NCBI GenBank assembly: GCA_030704615.1
Contig: CM060734.1
Location: 31,000,001-31,064,000, forward strand
Source: Takakia lepidozioides
Taxonomy: Eukaryota; Plantae; Bryophyta
Length of the DNA: 64,000 nt
Reading direction: 5' to 3'
Position numbers and translations under genes: made by a program. Every line of letters begins with the position of its first letter. Position 1 is the stretch's first letter. The notes beneath the pieces are model-generated. The model worked only from the letters and a program-made list of their open reading frames with translations, was not told the DNA's origin and made no database searches. This document shows, in pieces, positions 22,116-35,440 of the stretch.

Positions 22116-24776
22116 CCAAAAATCAGAGGGTGTATATCAAGACGAGGCCGATCCTTATACAGTAGATAGTCTTCCATGTACACTATATCAACTCTGAGCT
22201 TGGATTTTCTCTTAATAATGAAATGAACCTGCACTGCATTATCAACTGACAATATCATCAATGTCTCCATGCAAGTGGATGTACTTAATTCCTGTCTTGA
22301 AGACTTCATTCATTCATGGGCGGATGATTACAGTGATCACATCAACCAATAGTTTTCCACATTTGTCGTTCATTGTTGAGAAGTGATGAAACAGTAGCCA
22401 GAAAAGGTGGCGTGGGTGGGCATGGCTACTTCTGGAAATGTGTGTCTTAGGTGCGAGATCACACTTTTCCACTGTATATATAGTTGTCCTTGCTCATCAT
22501 TCCTATTGCGATCGATCCAGTTTGCAGACGGTTATTAATTCTTTTTTGGCAGCTAGCCGTCACGGTTCCTGGAGTGTTGGGGAGGAGAGGCGGTGTTGGG
22601 TGTCCAGAGTGAGAGAGAGACTGAGTTGGATCCATTCCAAGAAAAAAATACGATTGATTTGCATCTTTTCTGCATCAAAGGAGTACTGTGTGTCTCTGGA
22701 TTCGTCTAAAGAGAAAGTGTAGAGAGCTTGGAGATCGACTGTTCATCTACTTCACGAAACGGAGTAGGCAATACGGAACCGGGCTGCTAAAAGTTGATTG
22801 TCGACGATTCCTGACCACTGGTCCAAGCCAATTTCCAATCTGACCTTATAACTTTTGGGTCTAATCGGGCTGCATGTCCTTCTTGACCTGATCATCTAGA
22901 AGTCGTGACTTTTCCAAACTACTAATCTCAAGGCAACGCCAACAGAGTCCCGCGATGGTGAACCTGAAGACGGTTTTCGGGACTTTGGGTAATGTTCAAT
23001 TTTGAATTCCCTATATATTCCCGTAAATTATATTATCTAGTTCATCGCTTCCAAGTCGCAGTGAGGAAAGTTGAATTTCTGCCAACGTTATGCAATCATC
23101 CTGGGGCGAACGGCAGTCAATTATACATACATGAACTTGTTCTAGAATAAATCAGGCAAGCTTGTATGTGGGAATTTTCACCATCACTTTGAAGCGAAAT
23201 GCTTAATATTAGCTCCAAATCTTGGTGTATGTTTCAATTGACTACAGATAGTTGGGTTGAAAGTTCCGGACCTGAGTCAACGAACTCGATGCTCCAGGTT
23301 GTCAGGCTGTAAGAAGAGTTTATGGGATCTAGGAGTTGTGTGCAGTCATAACCCGTAGATCTCAACAGTACAATTTGGAGACTGTTGAACAAATTAAAAA
23401 ATTAGATCACCATGTGCTTATACAATTGAAGTTTCAAATCCATATAAGAACTAAACCTTGAGATGGAGCTTCAAGATGGAACGACCAATGCAGCTCCTTA
23501 AGAACTTGTGCAAATTTCTACCCGCAGCATCCACTGCGACCGCGAAGGGACCTATAACATATAGTACCTTTTAGACGTATTTAAAATCATAGATCGATCC
23601 TAACCAAACGGTGGAGTAAATTATGTCCCTGTTTTGAATCTTAGTCTGTATGTGTAAGCGCGTCCAACGCAGCTCAAGGCACATCTGGTTCAAACATTTA
23701 AAACTACGGTCCATCAACTAGGCTCTAGGGCTTTGCAGTGTCCAAAGTTGATGAGTTAAGTTCTTGAAAGTGATGCTAGTACCACGTAACCGCTACTAAT
23801 GCTCAGGGTTCCCGTGTTTTGTGTTATTAGCTAAGCTGTACTTATCTTAGACTTGAATTCTTGATTGGATTTTATAATGTTTGAGGATTCTAGCAATCTA
23901 ACTTGAATACCTTCGTTGTCCCCTTTTTGGAACTCGGAACTCGTAGACATCTGGGTGATTGCAGCTGACGGTGTCCATTTTTTGACGTCATTGTGTCATT
24001 TTGTTGGTTTTGGTCCACAATCCTAGATTTTTATGAAATTTGTGAAAATGGACCGACAACATTGCACGTAGCTACATTTAGTATCTACGTTCCAAGACTT
24101 GCCAACAAAAACTGTTATAACTAGAAGTGTCAAGTGATGGACTTCATGAAAAGTCCATAGCTTTTGTTATAGCACTCCATACAAAAATTGGTATAGACTC
24201 ATTATTTTCTAGATTTTTTAACATAATTGGAATAAAGGACTTGAGCCTTTATTGCTCTTATGATAAAGAATCTAGTGTGAGAGTTTTTTAACATTCTTAT
24301 TCATTAAATTACATTTTATATATTTTATCATACTACCAATAACACCATTTTCATAAAGTCCTTTACAATATGAGAACCAAAATACCCCATGAATTGTCTT
24401 CATTAAATATAACCATTTATTGTATATGAACGGTGGGCCAAGGTCAAATTCTTAAATGGATGTACTTTTGTGATTATACTCAAAGTTTGGATGACGTCAT
24501 CGACGGCACATGGTGGCATATGTCATCTATAACATCTTTCCCTCTCCCATTTGAAATGACAGTATCCCAACAATAGACGTTCCACATCATATAGTGCAAG
24601 TGAATCCATTTTTTGGCTATTTTTTACTATTTTTATTTTCTTATCTTATGTACTTTTATGTAGGGCACATCTTGCACTTTTTGTCCACTCTTCGTTGCAA
24701 CTACCCAGATGATGCGCCGGGACGATTAAATTGGTCATATCTAACATCTTTGCACATGTGATTGTGATGTGCGCAG

Positions 24777-27232
24777 GGAATATCATTGCAATTTGCTTGT
24801 TCATGTCCCCTGGGTGAGTAGTCTTCTTTTCTTAAGGAATTCGTCGGGGTCAGTCTTTCTTGGCCCATCTTTCTGGTTTCCAACCATCTCTCTTAGGAAA
24901 GCCTCTGTAACTGAACCGCCCGGCCACTTCCGCTTGGAAACAACCTGGATTGCTTCTGGGCTTGCCAATATAGCAAAAATGTACACATACATATATTTCA
25001 GATCCATGGTATTGTTTATGCACGGCCGTTCATATGTAATACAAATAGGCTGACCGAGGCGTGTGGGTGGCTCTTTGGGTAATTAATTATAAGGTGGAAC
25101 ACATGAGAATTTAGTTGATTAAACCTCATCTGAGGCCCTAGTAACTTGTATGATGAATTGTGTTGTTGGTGACAGGCCCACCTTCTGGGGCATTTACAAG
25201 AAGAAGTCAGTGCAGGACTATTCGGGCATCCCCTATGTTTGCACACTTATGAATTGTATGCTATGGGTGGCCTATGGCCTCCCAATCATCAAATTCCAAC
25301 TGCTGGTGGTCACCATTAATGGAGCTGGCTGTATTATCGAGCTCACATACGTCGCCCTGTACTTAATTTATGCCCCCAAGAAATTGAAGGTACCCCATTC
25401 TTGCTCATGAAATTGATTTTTTCTCTCGTGGTCATCCGTCTTCATTTATTTTTGAAAAGACCCATCAAGGCCACCCGAAGCTATAGTTGGGGGGTCAACT
25501 GTAACTTGGGCAGGTATGTCAAAGGGCATTCTCTCACTTTGTATCATCCAGCTTGCACAACCTGGTCCGTAGACTCATGAGAAACAACTTCTTGAAAGTG
25601 AGGGTCGACTGAAATGTACATACCTTTCTTCGAACGTACATGTATATTTCTTTGAAACCAGTCAATTGATATTACGATTCATGTGAAGTGGTTCGACCGT
25701 GTACTCTTGAGCATGTTTTTTGAACGAGCATGCATGCGTAGGTTCTTGGAAGCCTTTGTCATCTCTTCAGTCCAGCTCTTTGCTATCTATAGTCCGTAAG
25801 AACCATATGCTCTTCAAGCCAGATCGTTAGGTCCTGATGAGTGACCATTTCATGTGTATGCACCACAAAGTTCCAGATTCAATGCTTAATTTGTCTACTC
25901 ATGGTCTGTCATATCAGCAAATCGTCAATCTAGGATAAAATTCTGGCTATTGTTGCAGGTGAAGATGCTGAGGCTTATGGTGCTTTTGCTAGTATCATTC
26001 ACATTTGTAATGGTGATGGTCTTGACTTTCACGCATGACAAATCCCGACGAAAGTTGGTAATTGGCTCATTGTGTGCCGTGTTTAATGTGGGAATGTGCG
26101 GCTCTCCATTGACTGTTATGGTATGTTCCAAGCACTTATATGCAGATGGACCATCATTAATTGCATGTGTGATCAGAGCTCACATGTTTGTTCAATTTAG
26201 GATTCCTTTTCTCATATCTATAACAGAGCTGTTGTTGGATTTGTAACAGGAAAATCTCCGTGCTAGTTACTTTAGGTACAGATGACATCCTAATGGTCCA
26301 TTTCTTTCTTGAGCAACGTCACAACATTCAAGTTTTTAAATTCTTTTCTCATTTATAAGGTTGCTAGAGACTCATTGTCAGGACTCCCTCTCGCTCTGTC
26401 ATTACAGGGCATGGTGATTCGGACAAGGAGTGTGGAATACATGCCGTTCTTGCTCTCTTTGTTCAACTTTCTCAACGCCCTTGCGTGGTTTGGTTTCGCA
26501 TTTGTGGGTGGTGTTGACATTTTCATTGCGGTGCGTGTCAACTAGTTAATTCCCAGTCAAGCTGTTCTCTAGCTAGGTCATTTTTCTGATCAAGTGCTTG
26601 AGTGAGAGAGGTTGAGCTCTAGGGAGGGGTTTTTATGGAGTACAGACACTTAGCTTGACAAACAAGTTCAGAGAGGGGACAAGTTGGGCGTTTGTGGGCC
26701 ATAAAACTTTCATAATATTAGATACATATATAGAGTCTTGTTGAACTATCTAAACCCCTCTTGCTGCAGCTGTGAGCCCTAAGTAATAAGACTGGGCATG
26801 GAAGATAATAATTGCCACACCCTTGTAGGGGCCATATTAAATTCAATGATCATTATGCAAGGAAACAAAGAGGAAGCAGCCCTAGAGTACTTGTCGAGAA
26901 GTAGAGGGAAAATCCAGACCGAACACTTAGAAAATTCCCCAATTCCTAACATGTGGCTTATTGAGACTTTGCAGATTCCAAATGGCCTTGGAATTTTATT
27001 GAGTATTGCACAATTGAGCTTGTATACATTCTACAAGAATGCAACACCAGTTGGAGAAACTACCAAAAAAGATCAGAAGGGCAAAGCCATGAAGCCTGTG
27101 TCACACACAGTCTATGTCGGCCAAGCGGATAAAAATAGTGATAAAGAAACCTCAGCTCCTCCGAAAGAATCAGAGCTTCTAGCATCTTTGGGTGCTTCTC
27201 TTCCAAAGCATACTGGTGATCTCGAGCGCTAA
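24777..27232 (+). CDS. SWEET: SWEET (MtN3/saliva) sugar transporter; exons 24777-24813, 25176-25389, 25959-26120, 26408-26530, 26975-27232; first exon not located
   Basis: GNIIAICLFMSP, PTFWGIYKKKSVQDYSGIPYVCTLMNCMLWVAYG, VVTINGAG, GSPLTVM, VIRTRSVEYMPFLLS, IPNGLG. GT-AG introns, phases join in frame, and exon sizes (37/214/162/123) are SWEET-typical. Confidence 0.93.
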
Positions 27233-28267
27233 CTGCAGTAACAAATAGAGCCTTGGCAGTTTTGAAGAGAGGATGTCGTTAGGCAACTTTCTTTCCATGC
27301 CTTAGGTACAAGCAATAACTTTAGACGCTTCTTTTCATCAGCCTTCTTTAAACCCTTGTTTGCTTGTATAAGAAACTGGTACCAGAGAACCGATAGATGG
27401 AGTTAGGCTGCTTGATAGTTAGTTGGTGCCAGTTCTCAGTACAACGGCGCTGCATAGAAGTGCAACGTGACCTCCAAAATCTTACGATTGCAGTGAACCA
27501 GACTGTCGTGGATAGTTTCTCAAAAAGCCAATAAATCGAGATGTTAGGAATATTTGTAAAAGGCGTTGAGTTGTAATACGCATGAGCACTATCAAACAGG
27601 CAGAGATGAAGTAAAGGGGGCTAAAGTTATCTTTGGCAACCTCCCTGCTCAAGTGACTTTAATGTCGGAGGTCAGCAACTTATTTTGGACTTACATGAGC
27701 ACTGCATCCATGAGCGATGCTGATTAAATTGTACAAAATTCGTGACCGATAAGCGTTCACCGATATTAATATTAAACTAGTTACGATAATAGTATGACAT
27801 TGTTCACTGCTGAACTGTAACCACTGTTTTCAAACTCTCTTGCTATTGAACTTCATTACAAGAATAGCCTCCTAATTAGCTGCCATGGTAAAAGACCGGA
27901 AAATGGAAAGTCCTTTGGTTGTTTGTTAGTGTTGACCATGGCGACCATGCCTTTGCACATATTTGAGACCACAAAACTTACAGAATGGTGGGCCTACATC
28001 ATCAAGACATACATACATGTACTAGTCCACCGGGTGACCCAATGCTGGATCAAGGCTGGAGAGATACTACGGAGGGCTTAGGCGACCCCCGAGCCTATCG
28101 GTGATGCTTACGGGAACTGCACAGTAAACTAATCAGTCCTCAGGTCCATAATGCATTCTAAAGACTGTTGCTACCTGCTTAGATAAAACAAAATGCCAAA
28201 GAGTACAAAGGAAGAGATTTAGAACATTCTTCGCATGCAACAATACGAGCACGAACTTCAATACTCC

Positions 28268-29213
28268 TTGGCTAGCTGTCAGAAAAGGATCAGTAATCTT
28301 TTGCAAACTAGACCAATCGCAGTAGGAGCGATGAGCAAGGACATATATACAGTGGAAAAGTGTGATCTTGCACCTAAGACACAGATTGCCAGTAGTAGCC
28401 ATGCTCACCCGCCCCACCCAACCTTTCTTAACCAACTACTTCATCACTTATGAACGATGAACATTGGATGTATCTGGAAAACTATTACCTCATGCCGCTT
28501 GATGTGATCACTGTAATCATCCGCTCATGAATGAATGAAGTTTCTAAGACAGGAAGGACATGATCCACTTGCCAGATGATATTGTCAAAGTTGATAATTC
28601 AGTGCATGTTCATTTTATGATTATATCAAGGGATACCAACGTGTCGATCGCATCCTAATTAATTCATTAATCATTCCTTCCTTGGCGATATTGACAATGA
28701 CGCCCAATTTTGATATGAAGCATGGACCATCATCAGAATTATCGATATCTCAAGTTTAAATCTGGGCTGTCGCTATTTGTGTCATGAAAGACGCTAGCTG
28801 TGATGGGACAAAATATTGCTTACCACCTTTTTTGTTCCTCCCCAATTCTCAATCATAAACTTTCTAATCACTTCTGGAGCATATCGTACGCTCCCATGAG
28901 ACAAGCATTACTTTTCATTGTGCTCGATGGGATATTGGTAGTTGGACCTGAGCGGGTCAGCAAGAATATTTCACAATATTGTTTTAGTTAATTTATTTAA
29001 TTTGGTTAGAGCTAATGAGGATTTCCATACACATTAATTTTATAGTACGCTCACATTAATCAGAAGAGTAGACCTTAATATTCCCTATGGGGAACCAAAG
29101 ATGTCGTCACTCCTATATTCCTCATGTTTTTGCTCGTTATGCTCTACAAAGACAACCAAGTTGTAGCCCAATGTAATGGGCACGTACCACCTCGGAAGTG
29201 GGTGTGGGTTCAA
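28268..29213. repeat. Right arm of the inverted repeat flanking SWEET
   Basis: Reverse complement of 22558-22212 followed by 19640-18983. Confidence 0.8.
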
Positions 29214-29796
29214 ACTAGGGTTTCACATTGCTAGGCACTTTTAACAATATCCAATAAAATCTGATGCATTCAAAGTTTAACCTAGTCGTTCAGGACAAAG
29301 TGATACATAAGTTACTCTTATTTTAACCAAGAGTTTTTAACACAACTATCTAATAATTATTGAGTTTGTTGATACCTATGTATTCATAATATATTAATAG
29401 ATCTATATGTTTAATTGTCACACGGAAGATAGACAATAGACAAAAATCAGGTATTAAGAGTTGTGGCGTTATCATCAGCTATTAACATTATCATATTTAT
29501 AATTATAATATATGTATTATTGTAATATATTTAATTGAAATGTGCTCACCACCAAACAAGAATAATTATTAGAAGTGGTTGTGACTTGTGACAATTTTCA
29601 TTGAATATGCATGACATTCAAAAAAAAAATTCTTCATGGAAAATCATACGTAGTTCATTTTGTTTTCTCTTTGGTAACACACTTGACCAAGTTCTATTAT
29701 CTTATCTTAGGGCATTGAGTCCAGACTAGACGAATCCACACCATGTTCGGGTATATCTAGAAGGCGATGTTTATGACAGAGCCCTTGAGGCCACTG

Positions 29797-30610
29797 AGAG
29801 AAGACTCCGGCCGAAATTGGCGTAACTAAGAGCCACTTTGCCTCACGGCTACTCCCTTTTGGGGGTGGGCCTTATAATGAAAGCAGGCTAAGCCTGTAGG
29901 TGTCTAGGGGACACCGGATGACCAAGGGATAGGGGTACCTAGGGTACCAAGGGGGGGGGTTGGATTCTACTTGCTGCTTATTAGTGATAATAGTTGTGAG
30001 GGAGCGGATGAGGTGGATTGTCTTGAAGCATTTATGGATAGGAGAGATACAAATATTAATTTTTTTGTGTATTGCAGTAATACTGGCATTGTGGATGCCA
30101 CCTCTAGACGTTCCAACAGTGATGACGGTTAGTGGGCTGGTGCTCAAACCACGTTGGCGAGTTACGAGGATGAGCGGGGCATATTTCTTTCATTTGTCTA
30201 AAGTGGAGGAGTTAGGGTAATGATCATGGCAGTATGTAAATTTGACAAAGTGGATGGTGAGGTTTGGGGAGTAGTAGTGGGCGGGGGGGCGTTTATGGAT
30301 AAACCATCCAGACAAGCAAGATGTCTGGGCATAGTCTGGCGGAGCAAGTGCAGGGTGAGTGGGGGCAGACACATGGGAGTAACCATGGCGGGACAATATG
30401 GTCTAGGGGTCTGCCTTGGTAGGTGCCGGCGTTAATGAGTGAGAATTACCATCTGGTTTCAGTGCAGTGCATGAGAAGTTATGAATATGCCAGACTGAGT
30501 GGTTGTGTCGAGTTATACGAAGTCAGTGGATGACAAGGTGGGTACACTGGCTGAGGAGGTAAGGCCGTCCTTGATGCCATATTTTTGTATAGTATTGACC
30601 TTGAATTTCT
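29797..30610 (-). mobile_element. 3' end of an RLE-type (restriction-like endonuclease) non-LTR retrotransposon
   Basis: Frameshifted ..RLCPDILL..IHFVKFTYCHDHYP..K*KKYAPL..PLTVITVGT.RGGIH (PD-(D/E)xK-like), followed by the structured 3' end. Confidence 0.7.
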
Positions 30611-33494
30611 CATGGGGTCTCTTTTTACTATGAACCAAGCACAACTCAAAACTCTCACTCTTTGCCGAGAAAAATCAGTTGCACATGGGGGATTGTCGGT
30701 GACGTTAAGGCTTGCATCAAGATCATGTTGGAAAATATAGAGGCGAATCCAGTAGAACTATGAATCCGTTCCTATAAATTAATGCGCACATTGTGTATAT
30801 ATGTGCAATGTCCCCAAATTATCTCTCATTCAATCAGTGCTCAAACTGCAGGTTCAATATTCCTTCTATGCTGCACCTTTCTCCCTCCCTGACATCAAAC
30901 AACTTGATAAAAACTTCATTCAACTCACAATACGTATATGTGGCCTCCCCACTAGCACCCCAAATGCCCTTACCCAGCTCCCAACGGACAGCTATGGCAT
31001 TGGGTCTAGCCCACTAATTATTTCTTATGCCCGCACTACACAACTACAATAAGTCCTTAATGCTCCGGGGCAACTAGGTCTAATCTTTAGAGAACTTCTC
31101 AAAATCCTCGCTTCAAAATATAATGGACTCTATTCCCTCACATCTCTCCACCCACAATCTTGCCTTCACTCCCCTACTGCCTGAACGTTGTTCATTCTGC
31201 ATCAAATGAAAAATAAGCATACAAACCGCCTCCCGGGATACCCTAATACCACCTCACCTCTCAAACAGGCATGGCTAACCCATTTCTTTCCCAATTCGAG
31301 AACTTACACCCTCGCCAGAAAACGCCCATCCTCACCTACTTTAAAGAGAGACACATAACGAAACTCACCCAACTTACTACAGCCACCGGTAACCAGTTAC
31401 TTACCCCTAATGAATTCACTCTCAAATACTCCAGAGCTACTGTCAAAACATGCCGATACTATTCCATCTCCACTCTCTATTTTGTCATCCGTCTGCATCT
31501 TGCACACTTGACTGCGACCTTCCATGCACACTCTTCCCTCATTGTGAACAAGATCTCCTCCCTAAATACATAACAACCCCGGCTGCCTCTATATTTCATA
31601 TGCTCAAAACCTCTTAAGATGACACCAATCATACAAATAATACCCCCTCCCAACCACCTAACACTCAAGAAGCAAAGCCAAACCCACCCTCACCTCCCTC
31701 CTCTGACCCGATTACTCACGACACCAATACCCAGCCCATTACAACCCCACAAACGATCAACAGACATCCCCTCGCCCCTAATTCCGCATCTAACCAACCC
31801 TGACAACCCTGAGGCCTTAGTCATTGAAGCTATTTAAGGGATCAAAACTCAAATCTCTATTGACGCATTTGGTGCTACCTTCATTGACACATACTACCTC
31901 TGCAAATGGTCTGGCTATTCATCGGAAGACAACACATTGGCAAATCAAAGATGACTTATTTGGGACTCATGACGACTGCGAACCAGTCCATAACCTTGCC
32001 CTACTTACTTTATTTCATAAGACGACTAACGCCAGTTACCTTGCTCACACCCATCAACGTCATGTATCCCAAACCCAACAGTTGGACGCACGTTACATCC
32101 ACAACCGCCCCGGATGTACATATATGTATCACAGACTGCAACCCAGACAAAGACATTATACACGACTCCCCAATAATACGCTCTGGCCACTGTCACTAGT
32201 ACAGATTATCGTTTTTATGACTGCAAATATCACTACATTTGTAGTGATAAGTACGATAACGACTACATCACTATGCAGTAACAAACACGAAGTCAGTTCT
32301 ACCATCACTGCGGAGTGATAAGTGCCAAGTGATGGTCGTCACTGCATACGTGGCACCTACCCAACGACTCAGAGTGACGTGGCGTGTAGTGTTGTAGTCA
32401 TAACTATACGACTACAAGGCTACATGTCATGACTACACTTACGACTACATCACTACAGATGAGCGCCAACATGGATAGGTCTCTCCATGACACACATGAC
32501 CCCCCGGATGTACATGACTACACGACTGTACCCTATGACTACACTTATGACTATATCACTACTCACTACATCACTAAGGGTAGCATGTGGTATATGTCAT
32601 GACTACAAATATGACTCCGTCACTATAGCTTTATACTAGTTCTGGTAGGTCATCTAACACGTGTCTTTATTCGATTAGATTATAAAACCATTAACATTAT
32701 TTTATTTATTAATTTCATGGAAATTTTATTTATCGTTTTGATATTCAGATATGTTTAAATATACAAAGCAATATATTTAATTGAATGAAAGAATTTCACA
32801 CAAATACATAGATTGTCTCTGGAATTTCGATCATACTGCAAAAATCCAATGGGAAAAATGTTCCCATGGATGCCACAGAGGCTCTACAATCAAGAAGCAT
32901 GAAAGGCCACATGGATAAATAACCAAGCCTCAAAGGCTACAAGTCCCCAAGCCCACACAGGGGCAGCAGTCCACTAGTACTCCTACAATTGAAGAGCACT
33001 ATTTACAAATCACCACTATGGCATATTTCAACTACATTAGACTCCAAATTGTGGTGTTTCCTACCACCTGCCCCAACTCTCTCTAATATCATTATGGTAT
33101 GGCAGAGGAGTATTACAGAGGAGCATTACTTATGCTCGCCTCTTTGATGTATAGAGCAGCATAATCGAGTGGCACCACAGGGTACCCGTCACCCACCATG
33201 CTCCCTTGCAGACCAACAAAAAGTCCACATCCAACCTTGGTGCGTTTGCTGTCGACATCAAGTAGCCGAACATGATCTCCCACCTTGAACTGTCATCCCA
33301 ACTCCCAAATACATATTAGTATATATCAAAACTCCTTAGAAGTGTTGGACTAGCAACCAACTACATACAATAGCAGCCCAAAAGCAACTACTACTCAGGG
33401 GATTGCCTAAAGGTCAAGGCCTCGTGTAGATAAGTTGCCAAGCACTTCCGATCCTCATAATGGAAGACTTCAGCGACAGATTGAGTCCCAAGGA

Positions 33495-33600
33495 ATAGAC
33501 CATCTACCCATGCAGGTTTTTTGTAGCTATTGATCCACATGGAACCATAGGTAATCTTGTGCTTGAAATCTGGCCCTCTCGGATGAATCTGGACCCACAC
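33495..33600 (-). pseudogene. OSB-type PDF motif exon fragment
   Basis: IHPRGPDFKHKITYGSMWINSYKKPAWVDG. Confidence 0.8.
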
Positions 33601-34357
33601 TCTATCTCTGCTCCTTCAGGTATCCATGCCTCTGCACAAATCATGCATTCATCTTTGCATTGCTGCTAGCAGCTAACAATGACAGCCTAGATTTGTTCTA
33701 GGAAACTCCCCAACGAGCTAACTTACAACATTCAATATGCATCTCAGGGCCGAGTTTGATGAGAGGGCAAAACAGGTTGAAATAGGTGGAAGAAGAAGGT
33801 GCCCTCACCACATTGTCCTCGACCTTGCGTCATGACCCATGGAGGATTTGACTTGACCATGAACCCAAGAAGACCTCTTGTATGTGGTGCTTGCGTATGT
33901 AGTCAGGTAATGTCGAATTGGTCTGTGAGAACCACCACGGTGCAGCTGAGCGGGCAGAGATTGAAACACGGCCTGCGAAGACCAAGCTGACTCTCCCAAG
34001 AACCTTGTAAACATCAGGAAGAATACCAAATCATGGTACTAAGAGGAACCAAGAGCCCAGACTAGATGACTCTGACAAAGTGTGCAAGAGAAACATACAC
34101 TTTTGAGATGGAGAACATCATATCATAATACAACCGTCAACCATAATCAGGGTTGACATCTCCGACATACTTCCACCCAACTAACCAGCTAACTTGTAGA
34201 ATTTAACATGGAAATTTAGGGCCGATTCTGATAAGAGGGAAAAACAGGGTGAAATGTGTTGAAGAAGGTGCCTTGATTACCAGTGCCTGATTTTATCAGT
34301 TGTGCCGCTGCTGCTGCGGCATCCAGTTGACCATCTACCCATGCAGGTTTCTTGTAG

Positions 34358-35440
34358 CTATTGAAGAAGGTGCTCATAGGTCTCCAAAGCCTCCATCCCG
34401 CGCCCTTGCAGTGTATATCCTGCAATCATCGCACTCCACGACACCACATCTTGTTCAACCATACTTTTGAACACTCCCTTTGCATCCTCGATGCACCCAC
34501 ATTTTGCATACATGTCCACGAGAGTGCTGTTCAGAATAACATCGGGTACAATTCCAGCTCTGACAATGTCACCATGGACCACTTTGCACTTTTCCAGGGC
34601 TGCCAGGCTTGCACATGCATTGCAAATGTAATCAAACGTGATGTGGTCGGGCTTCACCCCTTCCGCCATCATTTGATCGTAGGTCTCCAAAGCCTCCTTC
34701 CCGCGGCCTTGTTGTGCATACCCCGCAAGCATAGTTCAGCCATACTGTTGCAAACTCCCTTCGCATCCTCGATGCATCCACATTTCGCATACATGTCCAC
34801 GAGGGTATTGTTCAGAATGACGTCGGGTACAATTTCAGCTCTGATGATGTCACCATGAACCGTTTTGCCCTTTTCCGACTGCCAGGCTCGCACACGCATT
34901 GCAAACGAACGTGACCAGGTCTATGTGACCAGGTCTGGCTTTACCCTTTCCCACATCATTTGTTCATAGGTCTCCAATGCCTCCATCCCGCATCCATGCT
35001 GGAGAATATCCCGCGATCATCACACTCCAGGACACGACATTTCGTTCAGCCATATTCTCAAACACTCCCTTTGCATCTCAATACTGCCACATTTGGCATA
35101 CATGTCCACGAGGGTATTGTTCAGAATGACATCCGGTACAATTCCAAATTTGACAATGGCACCATGGACCTTTTACCCTTCTCCAGTGGTGCCAGGCTTG
35201 CACACGCATTGCAAACACAAACGAACGTGACCCGGTCTGGCTTCACCCCTTCCCGCATTATTTGCTCATACGTATCCGAAGCCTCTATACCACGCCCCCG
35301 CTGTGCATATCCTCTCCCTTCCTGCATCATTTGCTCAAGATTAAGCTCAAGGAAGCTGCATCAGTTGCTCAAGAATAGGTCGCAAAGCCTCAATCCCACG
35401 CCCCTGCATTGCATATCATGCGATCATCCCGTTCCATGAC
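34358..35440 (-). pseudogene. PLS-class PPR fragments
   Basis: [50 protein letters not shown]; frameshifted. Confidence 0.9.

Larger units (their letters stand above)
18983..22558. repeat. Left arm of inverted repeat (18983-19640 plus 22212-22558), split by a 2.6 kb insertion
   Basis: Both pieces are the reverse complement of 28268-29213. Confidence 0.8.

Noticed and set aside
23199-23235. SWEET first exon
   Set aside because: An ATG and a GTATGT donor are present, but the peptide lacks the usual hydrophobic ..GI(L/V)G start, so it is unsupported without RNA data.
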